Positions 41,129-50,576 of a stretch of DNA of 64,000 bases are shown piece by piece (the stretch's first letter is position 1; every line of letters starts with the position of its first letter). The stretch is from Patescibacteria group bacterium (GTDB taxonomy: Bacteria; Patescibacteriota; Patescibacteriia; JAQUQO01). Location of the stretch: assembly GCA_028716045.1 (NCBI GenBank), contig JAQUQO010000001.1:942-64941 (forward strand), in the 5' to 3' direction. The notes under the pieces are model-generated. The model was not told where the DNA came from, did no database searches, and worked only from the letters and a program-made list of their open reading frames with translations. A program made the translations under genes and the position numbers.

Positions 41129-41542
41129 ATGTTAATTCCCAAGAAAGTAAAACATAGAAAATGGTTTAAAGGCAGAAGGCGCGGGAAACGCGTAGCCGGC
41201 AGCCTTAATAGTTTAAGTTACGGGAGCTATGGTTTAAAGTCGTTAGAGCATGGTTGGATTTCTTCCCGGCAAATTGAAGCCGCGAGAAGGGCTATCACTC
41301 ACTTCATAAAACGCGGCGGCAAGATTTGGATTCGCATTTTTCCCGATAAACCGGTAACTTTTCACGGAAACGAAAATGTTATGGGTTCAGGAAAGGGAGC
41401 GGTTGACCATTATGTGGCCGTGGCTAAACCGGGGACGATAATCTTTGAAATGGATGGGATAGACATTAAGGATGCCAAAGAGGCCCTGGGATTAGCGGCT
41501 CATAAATTGCCCGTCAAAGCTAAATTTATAACTAAAGATTAG
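41129..41542 (+). CDS. rplP: 50S ribosomal protein L16
   Basis: [26 protein letters not shown]. Confidence 0.97.
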   Translation: MLIPKKVKHRKWFKGRRRGKRVAGSLNSLSYGSYGLKSLEHGWISSRQIEAARRAITHFIKRGGKIWIRIFPDKPVTFHGNENVMGSGKGAVDHYVAVAKPGTIIFEMDGIDIKDAKEALGLAAHKLPVKAKFITKD

Positions 41543-41545
41543 GGT

Positions 41546-41743
41546 ATGGAGTTTAAAGATTTAAAAGCAAAATCTCCTAACGAGCTGGCGCGCATTTTAT
41601 CGGGAGAAAAAGAAGGGTTGAGAGAGAAAAGATTTAAGGTGGCCCAAAGGCAGCTTAAAAAAGTTAGTGATATTAAGAAATCAAGAAAGATAATCGCCAG
41701 GATTTTGACTCTGTTTAGCGAGAAAAAAAATGAGAAAAATTAA
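41546..41743 (+). CDS. rpmC: 50S ribosomal protein L29
   Basis: Position in the operon; IARILT motif. Confidence 0.9.
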   Translation: MEFKDLKAKSPNELARILSGEKEGLREKRFKVAQRQLKKVSDIKKSRKIIARILTLFSEKKNEKN

Positions 41744-41751
41744 TATAGCTT

Positions 41752-42009
41752 ATGGTTAAAGAAATAGCCCCTAAAATTAAAAGAGTTTTTGAAGGAGAAG
41801 TGGTTTCCGACAAGGGAGAAAAAACCATTATCGTTAAAATTGATAAAGTTAGAATTCACAAGAAATATCATAAAAGATACATGGTGAGTAGAAATTATGC
41901 CGTGCACGACCCTAAAAAAGAATATAAAATCGGAGAGGTGGTCAGGTTTGAGGAATGTCGCCCTTTAAGCAAAACTAAGAGGTGGCGCGTGTTAAGTAAG
42001 GTTAAATAA
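41752..42009 (+). CDS. rpsQ: 30S ribosomal protein S17
   Basis: [18 protein letters not shown]. Confidence 0.96.
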   Translation: MVKEIAPKIKRVFEGEVVSDKGEKTIIVKIDKVRIHKKYHKRYMVSRNYAVHDPKKEYKIGEVVRFEECRPLSKTKRWRVLSKVK

Positions 42010-42016
42010 CAGAATT

Positions 42017-42388
42017 ATGGTTCAATTAAGATCAATTTTAGATGTCGCTGATAATACTGGAGCTAAAAAAGTCCAGTGTATTAAAGCGCTCGGCGGATAT
42101 AAAAGGAGATACGCTCGTTTGGGCGATATTGTGACTGTCAGTGTTAAAGTGGCGCAACCCCATAGTATGGTGAAGAAAGGAGAAGTATTACACGCAGTCG
42201 TTGTCCGCGCCAGAAAAGAGACCCGCCGCTCCGACGGTTCTTATATTAGATTTGATGATAACGCGGTGGTAATCATTGACCTTAAGAGTTTGGAGCCGAA
42301 AGGAACGCGTATTTTCGGGCCAGTCGCCCGCGAGTTGCGCTCCAAGGGTTTCAGTAAAATAATTAGTTTAGCGCCAGAAGTTTTATAA
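42017..42388 (+). CDS. rplN: 50S ribosomal protein L14
   Basis: [29 protein letters not shown]. Confidence 0.98.
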   Translation: MVQLRSILDVADNTGAKKVQCIKALGGYKRRYARLGDIVTVSVKVAQPHSMVKKGEVLHAVVVRARKETRRSDGSYIRFDDNAVVIIDLKSLEPKGTRIFGPVARELRSKGFSKIISLAPEVL

Positions 42389-42389
42389 T

Positions 42390-42713
42390 ATGTCCAAATC
42401 AAAGATTAAAATAAAAAAAGGCGATAAAGTAAAAGTGTTAGCCGGTAAAGATAAGGGCAAAACCGCCAAAGTTTTGCAGGTTTTGATTGCCGAACGGCAA
42501 TTGGTGGCGGAGGGTATAAATGTTTTGACTAAGCACGCTCGTCCTCGCCGACAGGGAGAAAAGGGGCAAAAAATAGAATTGCCCGCTCCGATTAACGCTT
42601 CCAACGCGATGCTTATTTGCCCTAAATGCGATAAAGCGACGCGCGTTGGTTATAAATTTTCCGAAGCCGGGAAGAAGTTGAGAGTTTGCCGGAAATGCAA
42701 AGAGACAATTTAA
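42390..42713 (+). CDS. rplX: 50S ribosomal protein L24
   Basis: IKKGDKVKVLAGKDKGK KOW motif. Confidence 0.96.
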   Translation: MSKSKIKIKKGDKVKVLAGKDKGKTAKVLQVLIAERQLVAEGINVLTKHARPRRQGEKGQKIELPAPINASNAMLICPKCDKATRVGYKFSEAGKKLRVCRKCKETI

Positions 42714-42723
42714 GAAAAATATT

Positions 42724-43275
42724 ATGGAAACGAAAACAAGAATCCAAAAAATATACGAAACCAAGGCTATCCCCGCTCTACAGAAGAAATTCGGTTATAA
42801 AAATAGATTGGCCGTACCTCGAATAGAGAAAGTGACGATTAACGTGGGGATTAACCAGCAAAAAGGGGACCAGCAACAAATAGATGCTATTACTCTCGGG
42901 CTGTCCAAAATTACCGGCCAGAAACCGGTCAGCACCAAGGCCAAAAAATCCATTTCCAGTTTTAAAATAAGGCAGGGCATGGTAGTCGGTCTGATGGTCA
43001 CTCTTCGCGGCAAAAAAATGTTTCATTTTATAGATAAACTGGTGAACGTCACCCTTCCCCGCGTTCGGGATTTTCGCGGTTTAGACCCGGGTATTATTGA
43101 TAAAAATGGCAATTTAAATATCGGGTTTAAAGAAAATTTAGCCTTTCCGGAAGTAAGCCAGGAGGAGATGGAACGCTCGCACGGTCTGGAGGTTACTATT
43201 ACTGCTAACGCCGCGTCCCAAGAAGAGGGGCTGGAATTATTTAAGTCATTAGGATTCCCTTTTAAGAAAGATTAA
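42724..43275 (+). CDS. rplE: 50S ribosomal protein L5
   Basis: [15 protein letters not shown]. Confidence 0.97.
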   Translation: METKTRIQKIYETKAIPALQKKFGYKNRLAVPRIEKVTINVGINQQKGDQQQIDAITLGLSKITGQKPVSTKAKKSISSFKIRQGMVVGLMVTLRGKKMFHFIDKLVNVTLPRVRDFRGLDPGIIDKNGNLNIGFKENLAFPEVSQEEMERSHGLEVTITANAASQEEGLELFKSLGFPFKKD

Positions 43276-43280
43276 ATTAT

Positions 43281-43466
43281 ATGGCTACCGAAGCACAAAT
43301 TTCTAAATCTAAAAGAACTCCCAAGTATTCCACGCGAATAGTGAGGCGTTGTTGGCGTTGCGGCAGAAATAGAAGTTATATGCGCAAGTTTGACCTTTGC
43401 CGTATCTGTTTTAGAGAACTGGCTCGCCGTGGTGAGATACCCGGTGTCACCAAATCAAGTTGGTAA
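43281..43466 (+). CDS. rpsN: 30S ribosomal protein S14, Zn-binding type Z
   Basis: RCWRCGR...[10 protein letters not shown]...IPGVTKSSW. Confidence 0.96.
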   Translation: MATEAQISKSKRTPKYSTRIVRRCWRCGRNRSYMRKFDLCRICFRELARRGEIPGVTKSSW

Positions 43467-43499
43467 TATTTATAAATCATTGACTAATTTGTTTTTAAT

Positions 43500-43892
43500 A
43501 TGATTACAGACCCAATTTCAGACATGCTTACAAGAATAAGGAACGCTTCTTTGGCAAAAAAAGAAGAGGTTTTGATTCCTTTTTCCAAAATGAAATTGGC
43601 CCTTGCCGATATTCTGAAAAAAGAAGGATTTGTCGGTAACGTGGAAGAGATTAAGGGCGATAATTTTTCGGAAATCAAAGTGGTCTTAAAATACCATAAA
43701 AATAAACCAATAATTAATAAAATAGAGAGAGTCAGTACTCCGGGCAGAAGAGTGTACGCCAAAAAGGATAGCCTGCCGGTGATTTTAAACAATTTGGGCA
43801 TTGCTATTATTTCCACACCGGAAGGCGTGATGACTAACAAAGAAGCTAAAAAAAGAAATTTAGGCGGAGAAATAATTTGTAAAATATACTAA
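43500..43892 (+). CDS. rpsH: 30S ribosomal protein S8
   Basis: DPISDMLTRIRNA, STPGRRVY. Confidence 0.97.
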   Translation: MITDPISDMLTRIRNASLAKKEEVLIPFSKMKLALADILKKEGFVGNVEEIKGDNFSEIKVVLKYHKNKPIINKIERVSTPGRRVYAKKDSLPVILNNLGIAIISTPEGVMTNKEAKKRNLGGEIICKIY

Positions 43893-43893
43893 T

Positions 43894-44442
43894 ATGTCGC
43901 GCGTAGGGAAAAAATTGATTGTTATTCCAAGCGGAGTGGAAGTGAAAATTTCCGACGATTTGATTGTTGTTAAAGGGCCGAAGGGTGAATTGCAGCAAAA
44001 AATTCATCCCTGGATAAAGATTTTTCAGGAAGAGGGCAAACTAAAAATTACCGTTGATGACACAGAAGAAAAGCTGGGGCGTTCATTGTGGGGGCTGTTT
44101 GGCAGTCTGGTCAGTAATATGGTAGAAGGCGTGACTAAGGGGTTTGAGAAGAAATTAGAGATAAACGGCATTGGTTTTAAAGCGGCGGTCAGCGGCAAAA
44201 AATTAGTTTTAAATGTGGGTTATTCGCATCCAGTTGAATACGCTTTGCCGGCGGGCATTAATGCGGCGGTGGAGAAAAATATTATTACCATTTCCGGAGC
44301 CGATAAACAATTAGTCGGTAAGGTGACCGCCGAGATTCGCCAAATCAGAAAACCGGAACCTTATAAGGGTAAGGGGATTAAATATATTGATGAAGTAGTG
44401 AGAAGAAAAGCCGGCAAAACCGTTAAGACAGCCGGGGCTTAA
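43894..44442 (+). CDS. rplF: 50S ribosomal protein L6
   Basis: [19 protein letters not shown]. Confidence 0.97.
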   Translation: MSRVGKKLIVIPSGVEVKISDDLIVVKGPKGELQQKIHPWIKIFQEEGKLKITVDDTEEKLGRSLWGLFGSLVSNMVEGVTKGFEKKLEINGIGFKAAVSGKKLVLNVGYSHPVEYALPAGINAAVEKNIITISGADKQLVGKVTAEIRQIRKPEPYKGKGIKYIDEVVRRKAGKTVKTAGA

Positions 44443-44462
44443 TAAATGTCTTAATTATAAAT

Positions 44463-44822
44463 ATGATTGGTAAACAAAAAAGGAAAAAAGCAGGCAGACA
44501 GTTAAGGCGGAATCGTATCCGTAGTATTGTGATTGGCACGGCCGACCGTCCGCGTTTATCGGTTTTCCGCAGTTTAAAACATTTTTATCTCCAATTAATT
44601 GATGATAACGCGGGAAAAACGTTAGCGAGTGTTTCAGATAAAGAAATAAAAGCTAAGGGTAAAAAGCCGATGGAAATCGCTTTAGAGTTAGGTAAATTGC
44701 TGGCTAAAAAAGCCTTGGCCGCCGGGATAAAAGAAGCGGTTTTTGACCGCGGCGGTTATAAATATCACGGTCGGGTTAAAGCCGTGGCTGACGGAGCCAG
44801 AGAAGGCGGTTTAAAATTTTAA
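44463..44822 (+). CDS. rplR: 50S ribosomal protein L18
   Basis: [23 protein letters not shown]. Confidence 0.97.
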   Translation: MIGKQKRKKAGRQLRRNRIRSIVIGTADRPRLSVFRSLKHFYLQLIDDNAGKTLASVSDKEIKAKGKKPMEIALELGKLLAKKALAAGIKEAVFDRGGYKYHGRVKAVADGAREGGLKF

Positions 44823-44834
44823 GATTAAAATAAT

Positions 44835-45419
44835 ATGGCAAGAAGAAGAGAAGAAAAATTTAGAGAAGAGAAAGAATTTGAACAGAAGATTATTGATTTG
44901 GCGAGAGTGACTCGCGTTGTGGCGGGCGGGAAAAGAATGCGCTTTCGTGCTTGCGTAGCCATTGGTGACGGTAAGGGCCGAGTGGGCATGGGTTTAGCCA
45001 AGGGAGCGGACGTGACCATGGCCGTAAATAAAGCGGTGAATAAAGCCCGAAAAAATCTAATTGAAGTTTCTATTGTTAACGACACCATTCCTTTTGAGAT
45101 AATTAAAAAATATAAAGCAGCCAAGATCATGATAAAACCCGCCCCGCGCGGTACTGGAGTAAAGGCTGGAGGCGCGATGCGTTCCATCATGGAATTAGCC
45201 GGAGTACCCAATGTGGTGGGCAAGATTATGGGCTCTTCCAATAAAATAAATATAGTGCGTTGTACTATCGCCGCGCTGGAGGATTTAAAAAGCATTTTAA
45301 GAATTAATCCGTCAGCTGCTAATATGACCGCTAAGGGAGAAGCGGTGAAAAAAGAAAAGGATTCAAAAAATATCAAGGAAAAAGAAAAAACTGAAAATTT
45401 ATCTAAGGATAAAAAATAA
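44835..45419 (+). CDS. rpsE: 30S ribosomal protein S5
   Basis: RVTRVVAGGKRMRF, PAPRGTGVKAGG. Confidence 0.97.
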   Translation: MARRREEKFREEKEFEQKIIDLARVTRVVAGGKRMRFRACVAIGDGKGRVGMGLAKGADVTMAVNKAVNKARKNLIEVSIVNDTIPFEIIKKYKAAKIMIKPAPRGTGVKAGGAMRSIMELAGVPNVVGKIMGSSNKINIVRCTIAALEDLKSILRINPSAANMTAKGEAVKKEKDSKNIKEKEKTENLSKDKK

Positions 45420-45424
45420 TTTTT

Positions 45425-45883
45425 ATGGCATTAGCTTTGCATACAATTAAACCCGCCCGCGGTTCCAAAAAAAATAAGAAAAGAATCGGCCGCGGTCTCG
45501 GTTCCGGGCATGGTACTTATAGCACCAGGGGAGCCAAGGGACAGCGCGCTCGTTCCGGCGGCAGTAAGGGATTAAAATTAAAAGGATTAAGGCAGAATTT
45601 GCTCAACATCCCAAAGCTTCGCGGTTTCAAAAGCAGAAAACCCAAGATGAATGTGGTTAATCTTAATGCTTTAGAAAAGAAGTTTAAGGAGGGGGAGATG
45701 ATTAACCCTAAGTTATTATTGGTCAAGGGGGTGGTGAAAGGCCTTGTGGGTGGCGTTAAAATTTTGGGCGACGGAGAAATTACCAAAAAGATTGTCATAG
45801 AAGGTTGCCGGTTGTCAGCTAAAGCCAAAGAAAAAATTGTCAAAGCTGGCGGGAAAGTGATAGAATTAAAGAAAAAGGGTTAG
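45425..45883 (+). CDS. rplO: 50S ribosomal protein L15
   Basis: RIGRGLGSGHG, KGQRARSG, KILGDG. Confidence 0.96.
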   Translation: MALALHTIKPARGSKKNKKRIGRGLGSGHGTYSTRGAKGQRARSGGSKGLKLKGLRQNLLNIPKLRGFKSRKPKMNVVNLNALEKKFKEGEMINPKLLLVKGVVKGLVGGVKILGDGEITKKIVIEGCRLSAKAKEKIVKAGGKVIELKKKG

Positions 45884-45915
45884 GTTTTAAACTTTGTTTT
45901 TGATTTTTATTTTTT

Positions 45916-47190
45916 ATGTGGTACACGAAATTAACCCAAATTTGGAAAATTAAGGATTTACGCCAAAGCATTCTTTATGTTTTGGGTATGTTGGCTATTT
46001 TTCGTTTAGCCGCCCATATACCGATTCCCGGGGTTAATGTGGAAAATTTAAAAGATTTTTTTGGTTCCAACCAGATTTTAGGATTAATGAATATATTTTC
46101 CGGCGGTGGCATGGAAAATTTTTCCATCGTGGCCATGGGCGTTGCTCCTTACATCACCGCTTCCATCATTTTTCAGCTATTGACCATGATTATTCCTAAA
46201 TTGGAAGAAATTTCCAAGGAAGAGTCCGGACGGCAGAAAATAAACCATTATACGAGGATTCTCGCCGTGCCCTTGGCCATACTCCAATCTTACGGCATGA
46301 TTACCATTCTAAAACGTTCTTCTTATCAGATTATTTCCGATTTGTCTCTTTTTCAATTATTTACTACCATCATTACTTTGACTGCCGGTACGATTTTTTT
46401 AATGTGGATTGGCGAACTTATCTCCGAAAAGCATGTCGGCAACGGCATTTCCATTCTTATCTTTGCCGGCATTATCACGGCGTTGCCGACAGCCGTACAA
46501 AGAACGCTGATTGTTTTTGACCCCTCGCAATTATTTAATCTGATTATTTTTGCTTTATTAGCCGTTGTGACCATCGTGGGTGTGGTTATTATTAATGAAG
46601 GTCAGCGTAATGTGCCGGTGTCTTACGCCCGGCGTGTTCGCGGAATGAGGATGTATGGCGGCATGAATACCCATTTGCCATTGAGAGTTAATATGGCGGG
46701 CGTGATTCCCATTATCTTCGCTATTTCTATAATTCTTGTTCCGCCGATGATTTCCCAGTTTTTTCTGCAGGCCAAAACCGCTTGGCTTGTTTCCGCCGCC
46801 CATTTTATTGTTGAATTATTTCAGAACCAGCTTTTTTACGGTATTGCATATTTTATTTTGGTTTTTGGCTTTACTTATTTTTATACGGCGGTTATTTTCC
46901 ATCCGGACCAGATTTCCGAAAATTTGCAGAAGCAGGGTGGATTTATCCCGGGCATTCGTCCGGGCAAACCAACTGCCGAGTATTTGCAATACACCCTAAA
47001 CAGAATTTTACTCGCCGGTGCTTTATTTTTGGCCCTAATCGCTATTTTACCTCTGGCCGTTAAGCAGATTACCGGTTTACAGACTTTGGTTATCGGCGGA
47101 ACGAGTTTGCTCATCGTGGTGAGCGTGGTTATTGAAACTATGAAGCAGATAGAATCTCAGTTGACGATGAGGGAATACGAAGGATTTTAA
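45916..47190 (+). CDS. secY: Preprotein translocase SecY
   Basis: GVAPYITASII, GNGISILIFAGI, IPGIRPG, GGTSLLIVV. Confidence 0.98.
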   Translation: MWYTKLTQIWKIKDLRQSILYVLGMLAIFRLAAHIPIPGVNVENLKDFFGSNQILGLMNIFSGGGMENFSIVAMGVAPYITASIIFQLLTMIIPKLEEISKEESGRQKINHYTRILAVPLAILQSYGMITILKRSSYQIISDLSLFQLFTTIITLTAGTIFLMWIGELISEKHVGNGISILIFAGIITALPTAVQRTLIVFDPSQLFNLIIFALLAVVTIVGVVIINEGQRNVPVSYARRVRGMRMYGGMNTHLPLRVNMAGVIPIIFAISIILVPPMISQFFLQAKTAWLVSAAHFIVELFQNQLFYGIAYFILVFGFTYFYTAVIFHPDQISENLQKQGGFIPGIRPGKPTAEYLQYTLNRILLAGALFLALIAILPLAVKQITGLQTLVIGGTSLLIVVSVVIETMKQIESQLTMREYEGF

Positions 47191-47206
47191 AGAGAATTTT
47201 TTACAT

Positions 47207-47239
47207 AAAAACGCTTTTTTGGCAGAATAGGCGTTTTTT
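47207..47239 (+). terminator. Probable terminator after secY
   Basis: aaaaacgcttttttggcagaataggcgtttttt imperfect hairpin with T-tract. Confidence 0.5.
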
Positions 47240-47281
47240 ATTTTTGACATTATGCTATAATTAGATAAGTCATCTTAAATA

Positions 47282-47917
47282 ATGAAAAACAAAAAAGTTT
47301 ATAAAATCATTGTCTTCGGTCCGCAGGGGGCGGGCAAGGGGACGCAAGCAGAGATTATAGAAAAGGATTATGACATTCCGGTTATTTCTGTCGGCAATCT
47401 TTTGCGCGTCGCGGCAGTGGGAAAATCCAAGTGGGGGAGAAAAGCCGCCGCTTATATGAAGCGTGGAGCATTAGTCCCCGATATGGTTGTTAACAATTTA
47501 TTAATTGAACACTTAAAAGCCAAAAATTGCGCTCGCGGGTTTGTTCTTGATGGTTATCCTCGCAATTTAAAACAGCTTAAATTATTGACCAAATTGGTTA
47601 AATTTACCCATGTTTTTAATATCAATATTTCCGATAAAGAAGCGGTAAAAAGAATCAAAGACAGGTTATCTTGTTCCTGCGGCAGGGTTTTTCATAAGTT
47701 TTTTAATCCCCCTAAAAGAGATATGAGATGCGATTTTTGCAGGGAGAAGCTTTACGTGAGAGAGGATGACAGGCCAGCCGCTGTCAAGAAACGCCTTAAA
47801 ATTTACCGGCGGGAGACAGAGCCCTTAGTCGCTTTTTATAAAAAACAGGAGATTCTTTATGATATTGACGGAAGTAAGGGCATTCTGGAGGTTTATCGCG
47901 AGATAAAAAAAATTTAG
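47282..47917 (+). CDS. adk: Adenylate kinase
   Basis: GPQGAGKGTQA, LDGYPR, Cys-containing LID, REDD. Confidence 0.93.
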   Translation: MKNKKVYKIIVFGPQGAGKGTQAEIIEKDYDIPVISVGNLLRVAAVGKSKWGRKAAAYMKRGALVPDMVVNNLLIEHLKAKNCARGFVLDGYPRNLKQLKLLTKLVKFTHVFNINISDKEAVKRIKDRLSCSCGRVFHKFFNPPKRDMRCDFCREKLYVREDDRPAAVKKRLKIYRRETEPLVAFYKKQEILYDIDGSKGILEVYREIKKI

Positions 47918-47931
47918 CAAAGTAGATTTAT

Positions 47932-48687
47932 ATGATTAAGATAAAATCAGCGGAAGAAATAGAAATTATCGCCGAGGGAGGAAAGATTTTAGCGGAAATT
48001 TTAAAAGAATTAGGGTGCGCAGTTAAGCCTGGCATTTCTACTTTAGAGTTGGACTGTTTGGCGCGAGAATTAGTTACGCAAAGGGGCGGAAGTCCCTCCT
48101 TTTTAAACTATGGTCATCCGCCATTTCCCGGCTCCATCTGCTCTTCCGTCAACGAAGAAGTAGTGCATGGAGTTCCATCAGCAGAGAGAATTTTAAAGTC
48201 AGGAGATATCGTTGGCTTAGATATTGGCATGAAATATAAAAATTTATTTACGGATATGGCCATTACGGTAGCGGTAGGGAGAGTTACCGGAGAGGCAGAA
48301 AGACTGATTAAGGTCACCAAAGAATCTTTAAATATCGGACTTTCTAAAATAAAACCCGGTCGACCATTAAATGTGATTGGCAAATCCATTGAGGAGTATG
48401 TAAAAAAAGAGGGGTTTACGGTGGTGCGGGCTTTAGTCGGACATGGCGTGGGTTATGGTGTTCACGAAGACCCGGCAGTGCCTAATTTTGACGACCCGGT
48501 TTCAGAAAAGATTATTTTAAAAGAGGGGATGGTGCTGGCTATTGAACCCATGGTTTGCACCGGACATTGCGACGTGAGAGTTTTAGATGATAAGTGGACG
48601 GTAGTGACAAATGATTGCGGTTTGGCCGCTCATTTTGAGCATACTGTGGCGGTCACTAAAAACGGGGTTAAAATTTTAACCAAATAA
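47932..48687 (+). CDS. map: Methionine aminopeptidase type I
   Basis: SVNEEVVHG, GHGVG...HEDP, AIEPM, AHFEHT. Confidence 0.96.
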   Translation: MIKIKSAEEIEIIAEGGKILAEILKELGCAVKPGISTLELDCLARELVTQRGGSPSFLNYGHPPFPGSICSSVNEEVVHGVPSAERILKSGDIVGLDIGMKYKNLFTDMAITVAVGRVTGEAERLIKVTKESLNIGLSKIKPGRPLNVIGKSIEEYVKKEGFTVVRALVGHGVGYGVHEDPAVPNFDDPVSEKIILKEGMVLAIEPMVCTGHCDVRVLDDKWTVVTNDCGLAAHFEHTVAVTKNGVKILTK

Positions 48688-48689
48688 TT

Positions 48690-49088
48690 ATGCCGCAGAT
48701 ACTGGCTATTGATTATGGCTCAAAAAGAATCGGATTGGCCTTAGCTGATGAGGGAGTTAAAATCGCTACGCCTTTTAAAACTTTGGCGAATGAGGGTTGG
48801 CAGAAAAATTTGGAGAATCTAAAAAAGATAATAAGCGGAGAAGACGTCGCTTCCTTGGTTGTTGGCTTGCCGCTTAGTTTATCCGGCGGGGAATCGGAAC
48901 AGACGCGGGAAACGCGGCATTTTTTTGACTTGCTTCAGGGGGCGGTGGCGGCGCCGGTTTTTTTAGAGGATGAACGTTTGTCCAGCCGCCAAGTTGACGC
49001 TTTAATAAGAAAATTCGGCAAAAAAGTGGACCGTGACGCCGTGGCCGCCATGCTTATTCTTCAGAGTTTTTTAGATAAAAAGAGGTAG
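48690..49088 (+). CDS. ruvX: YqgF/RuvX nuclease
   Basis: LAIDYGSKRIGLA, VVGLP, DERLSS, D.VAA.LILQ. Confidence 0.92.
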   Translation: MPQILAIDYGSKRIGLALADEGVKIATPFKTLANEGWQKNLENLKKIISGEDVASLVVGLPLSLSGGESEQTRETRHFFDLLQGAVAAPVFLEDERLSSRQVDALIRKFGKKVDRDAVAAMLILQSFLDKKR

Positions 49089-49162
49089 AGGTGTTAATTG
49101 TTTTTCTACTCAAGTATTCATATTTTTGCTATAATTAGCCAATAGATTAATAAAGGTTTGCG

Positions 49163-49948
49163 ATGTCCACCTATAAGACGCGGGCTATAGTTTTAACCAA
49201 AAAAACTTGGAGGGAAAATGATGCCCTGTATTCTTTTTATTCCGAAGATTTCGGGAAAATAAAGGCGGTAGCCAAGGGGGCGAAAAGAATTTCCAGCAAA
49301 TTGGCGCCGCATCTTGAGCCGTTGATGGTGACGGATTTAATGGTGGCACGTTCATCAAGGGGGGTGGACAAAGTCGCTGGCAGCAGTTTGGTCCGCGATT
49401 TTTGCCTTTTAAAAAATAATTTTCCGCGGTTGATTCTGGCCGGGCAGGCAGTGGAGCTTGTTGACGAGTTCGTGGATTTGGAGCACGGCGATGCAAGGAT
49501 TTTTGAATTGTTGAAAAGATTTTTTATTCTGTTAAACGATGGCTTTGCCGGCGATAATGATTTTGTTAAAAGCAAGACGGCTTTAAAGATTTTTATTTTG
49601 CAGTTATTGGACTATCTGGGCTATACGCCGGAGCTTTATAGCTGTGTCAATTGCAAGACCGAAATTGCCGAAGCGGAAAATTTTTTTCATTCCGCCCGCG
49701 GCGGAATGCTGTGCAAAAAATGTAGTCAGATTTTTCTGGAGCGCGCTCCGATTTCCAATAACACCATAAAGTTTTTGCGGCTGATGCTGATTAGCGATTT
49801 AGGAGAAATAGAACGAATTTCCTTAACCGAGAATCTTTTAAAAGAAACAGAAAGGATTATTGATTCCTTTCTTCATTATCAACTAGACCGGGAATTGGCC
49901 AGTGACCGCTATTTGACTAACTGGAAAGCGTATGCTAAATTAGCATAA
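49163..49948 (+). CDS. recO: DNA repair protein RecO
   Basis: GKIKAVAKGAKR; Zn finger LGYTPEL..CVNC...GGMLCKKC. Confidence 0.92.
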   Translation: MSTYKTRAIVLTKKTWRENDALYSFYSEDFGKIKAVAKGAKRISSKLAPHLEPLMVTDLMVARSSRGVDKVAGSSLVRDFCLLKNNFPRLILAGQAVELVDEFVDLEHGDARIFELLKRFFILLNDGFAGDNDFVKSKTALKIFILQLLDYLGYTPELYSCVNCKTEIAEAENFFHSARGGMLCKKCSQIFLERAPISNNTIKFLRLMLISDLGEIERISLTENLLKETERIIDSFLHYQLDRELASDRYLTNWKAYAKLA

Positions 49949-49996
49949 TGATTTTTTCGAGTTCATTTTCAATTAACAACCAGAAGGAGAAAAGAA

Positions 49997-50476
49997 TTGA
50001 GCACTTCGAGCATTTTTAGCAACGGGAATAACAGTAATAGTTTTGGGAAAATTCTGCTTTTCCGCCGGAGACGGAGAAAATTTTTCCAAGAAGTAAAGTC
50101 TCATTATCCGATTGACGAGGGGTTGGAAATTACCTCTCTGGCGCTGACAATTTTTCAGAGAAAAATTTTGCCGCGCCAAGCGACAAACGGGGGAAGAAAA
50201 AGGATAAAAAAGCTTTCTTTTCGCTTGGTTATTCCCAAAATCCGGCGGGTGTGGTCAGAGGCGAAAGAGATAGGTCATTCTTCCGAAGGAGGAGATATCT
50301 ATGTTGCCAAGCAAACCGAATGGGGCGATGTTTATTTTGTTACCAGAAAAAGTAACAAAAATAACGGAGCTTTGGTTATCGTGACGATTTTGGACGGGAG
50401 AACAAAAGCCAAGAATTTAATGGCCCCAAAGGAGGTAGGGTCCAATAAAATGCGTCAGGCGTTTAAGTTTAGATAA
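49997..50476 (+). CDS. Hypothetical basic protein
   Basis: TTG start with an AAGGAG SD, an upstream TTGACT...TAAATT promoter-like site, and a downstream terminator. Confidence 0.5.
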   Translation: MSTSSIFSNGNNSNSFGKILLFRRRRRKFFQEVKSHYPIDEGLEITSLALTIFQRKILPRQATNGGRKRIKKLSFRLVIPKIRRVWSEAKEIGHSSEGGDIYVAKQTEWGDVYFVTRKSNKNNGALVIVTILDGRTKAKNLMAPKEVGSNKMRQAFKFR

Positions 50477-50488
50477 GTAGTAAATTTT

Positions 50489-50519
50489 AGCCGACTTTAT
50501 AAAAGAGTCGGCTTTTTTT
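50489..50519 (+). terminator. Intrinsic terminator
   Basis: agccgacttt-ataa-aagagtcggc-ttttttt. Confidence 0.7.
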
Positions 50520-50520
50520 C

Positions 50521-50549
50521 TTGCTAAAATCAGCTTTTTAGAATATAAT
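50521..50549 (+). promoter_or_regulatory. Promoter upstream of asnS
   Basis: TTGCTA-17 nt-TATAAT. Confidence 0.55.
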
Positions 50550-50576
50550 AATCAAATAGATTAATTTTGGATAAGT

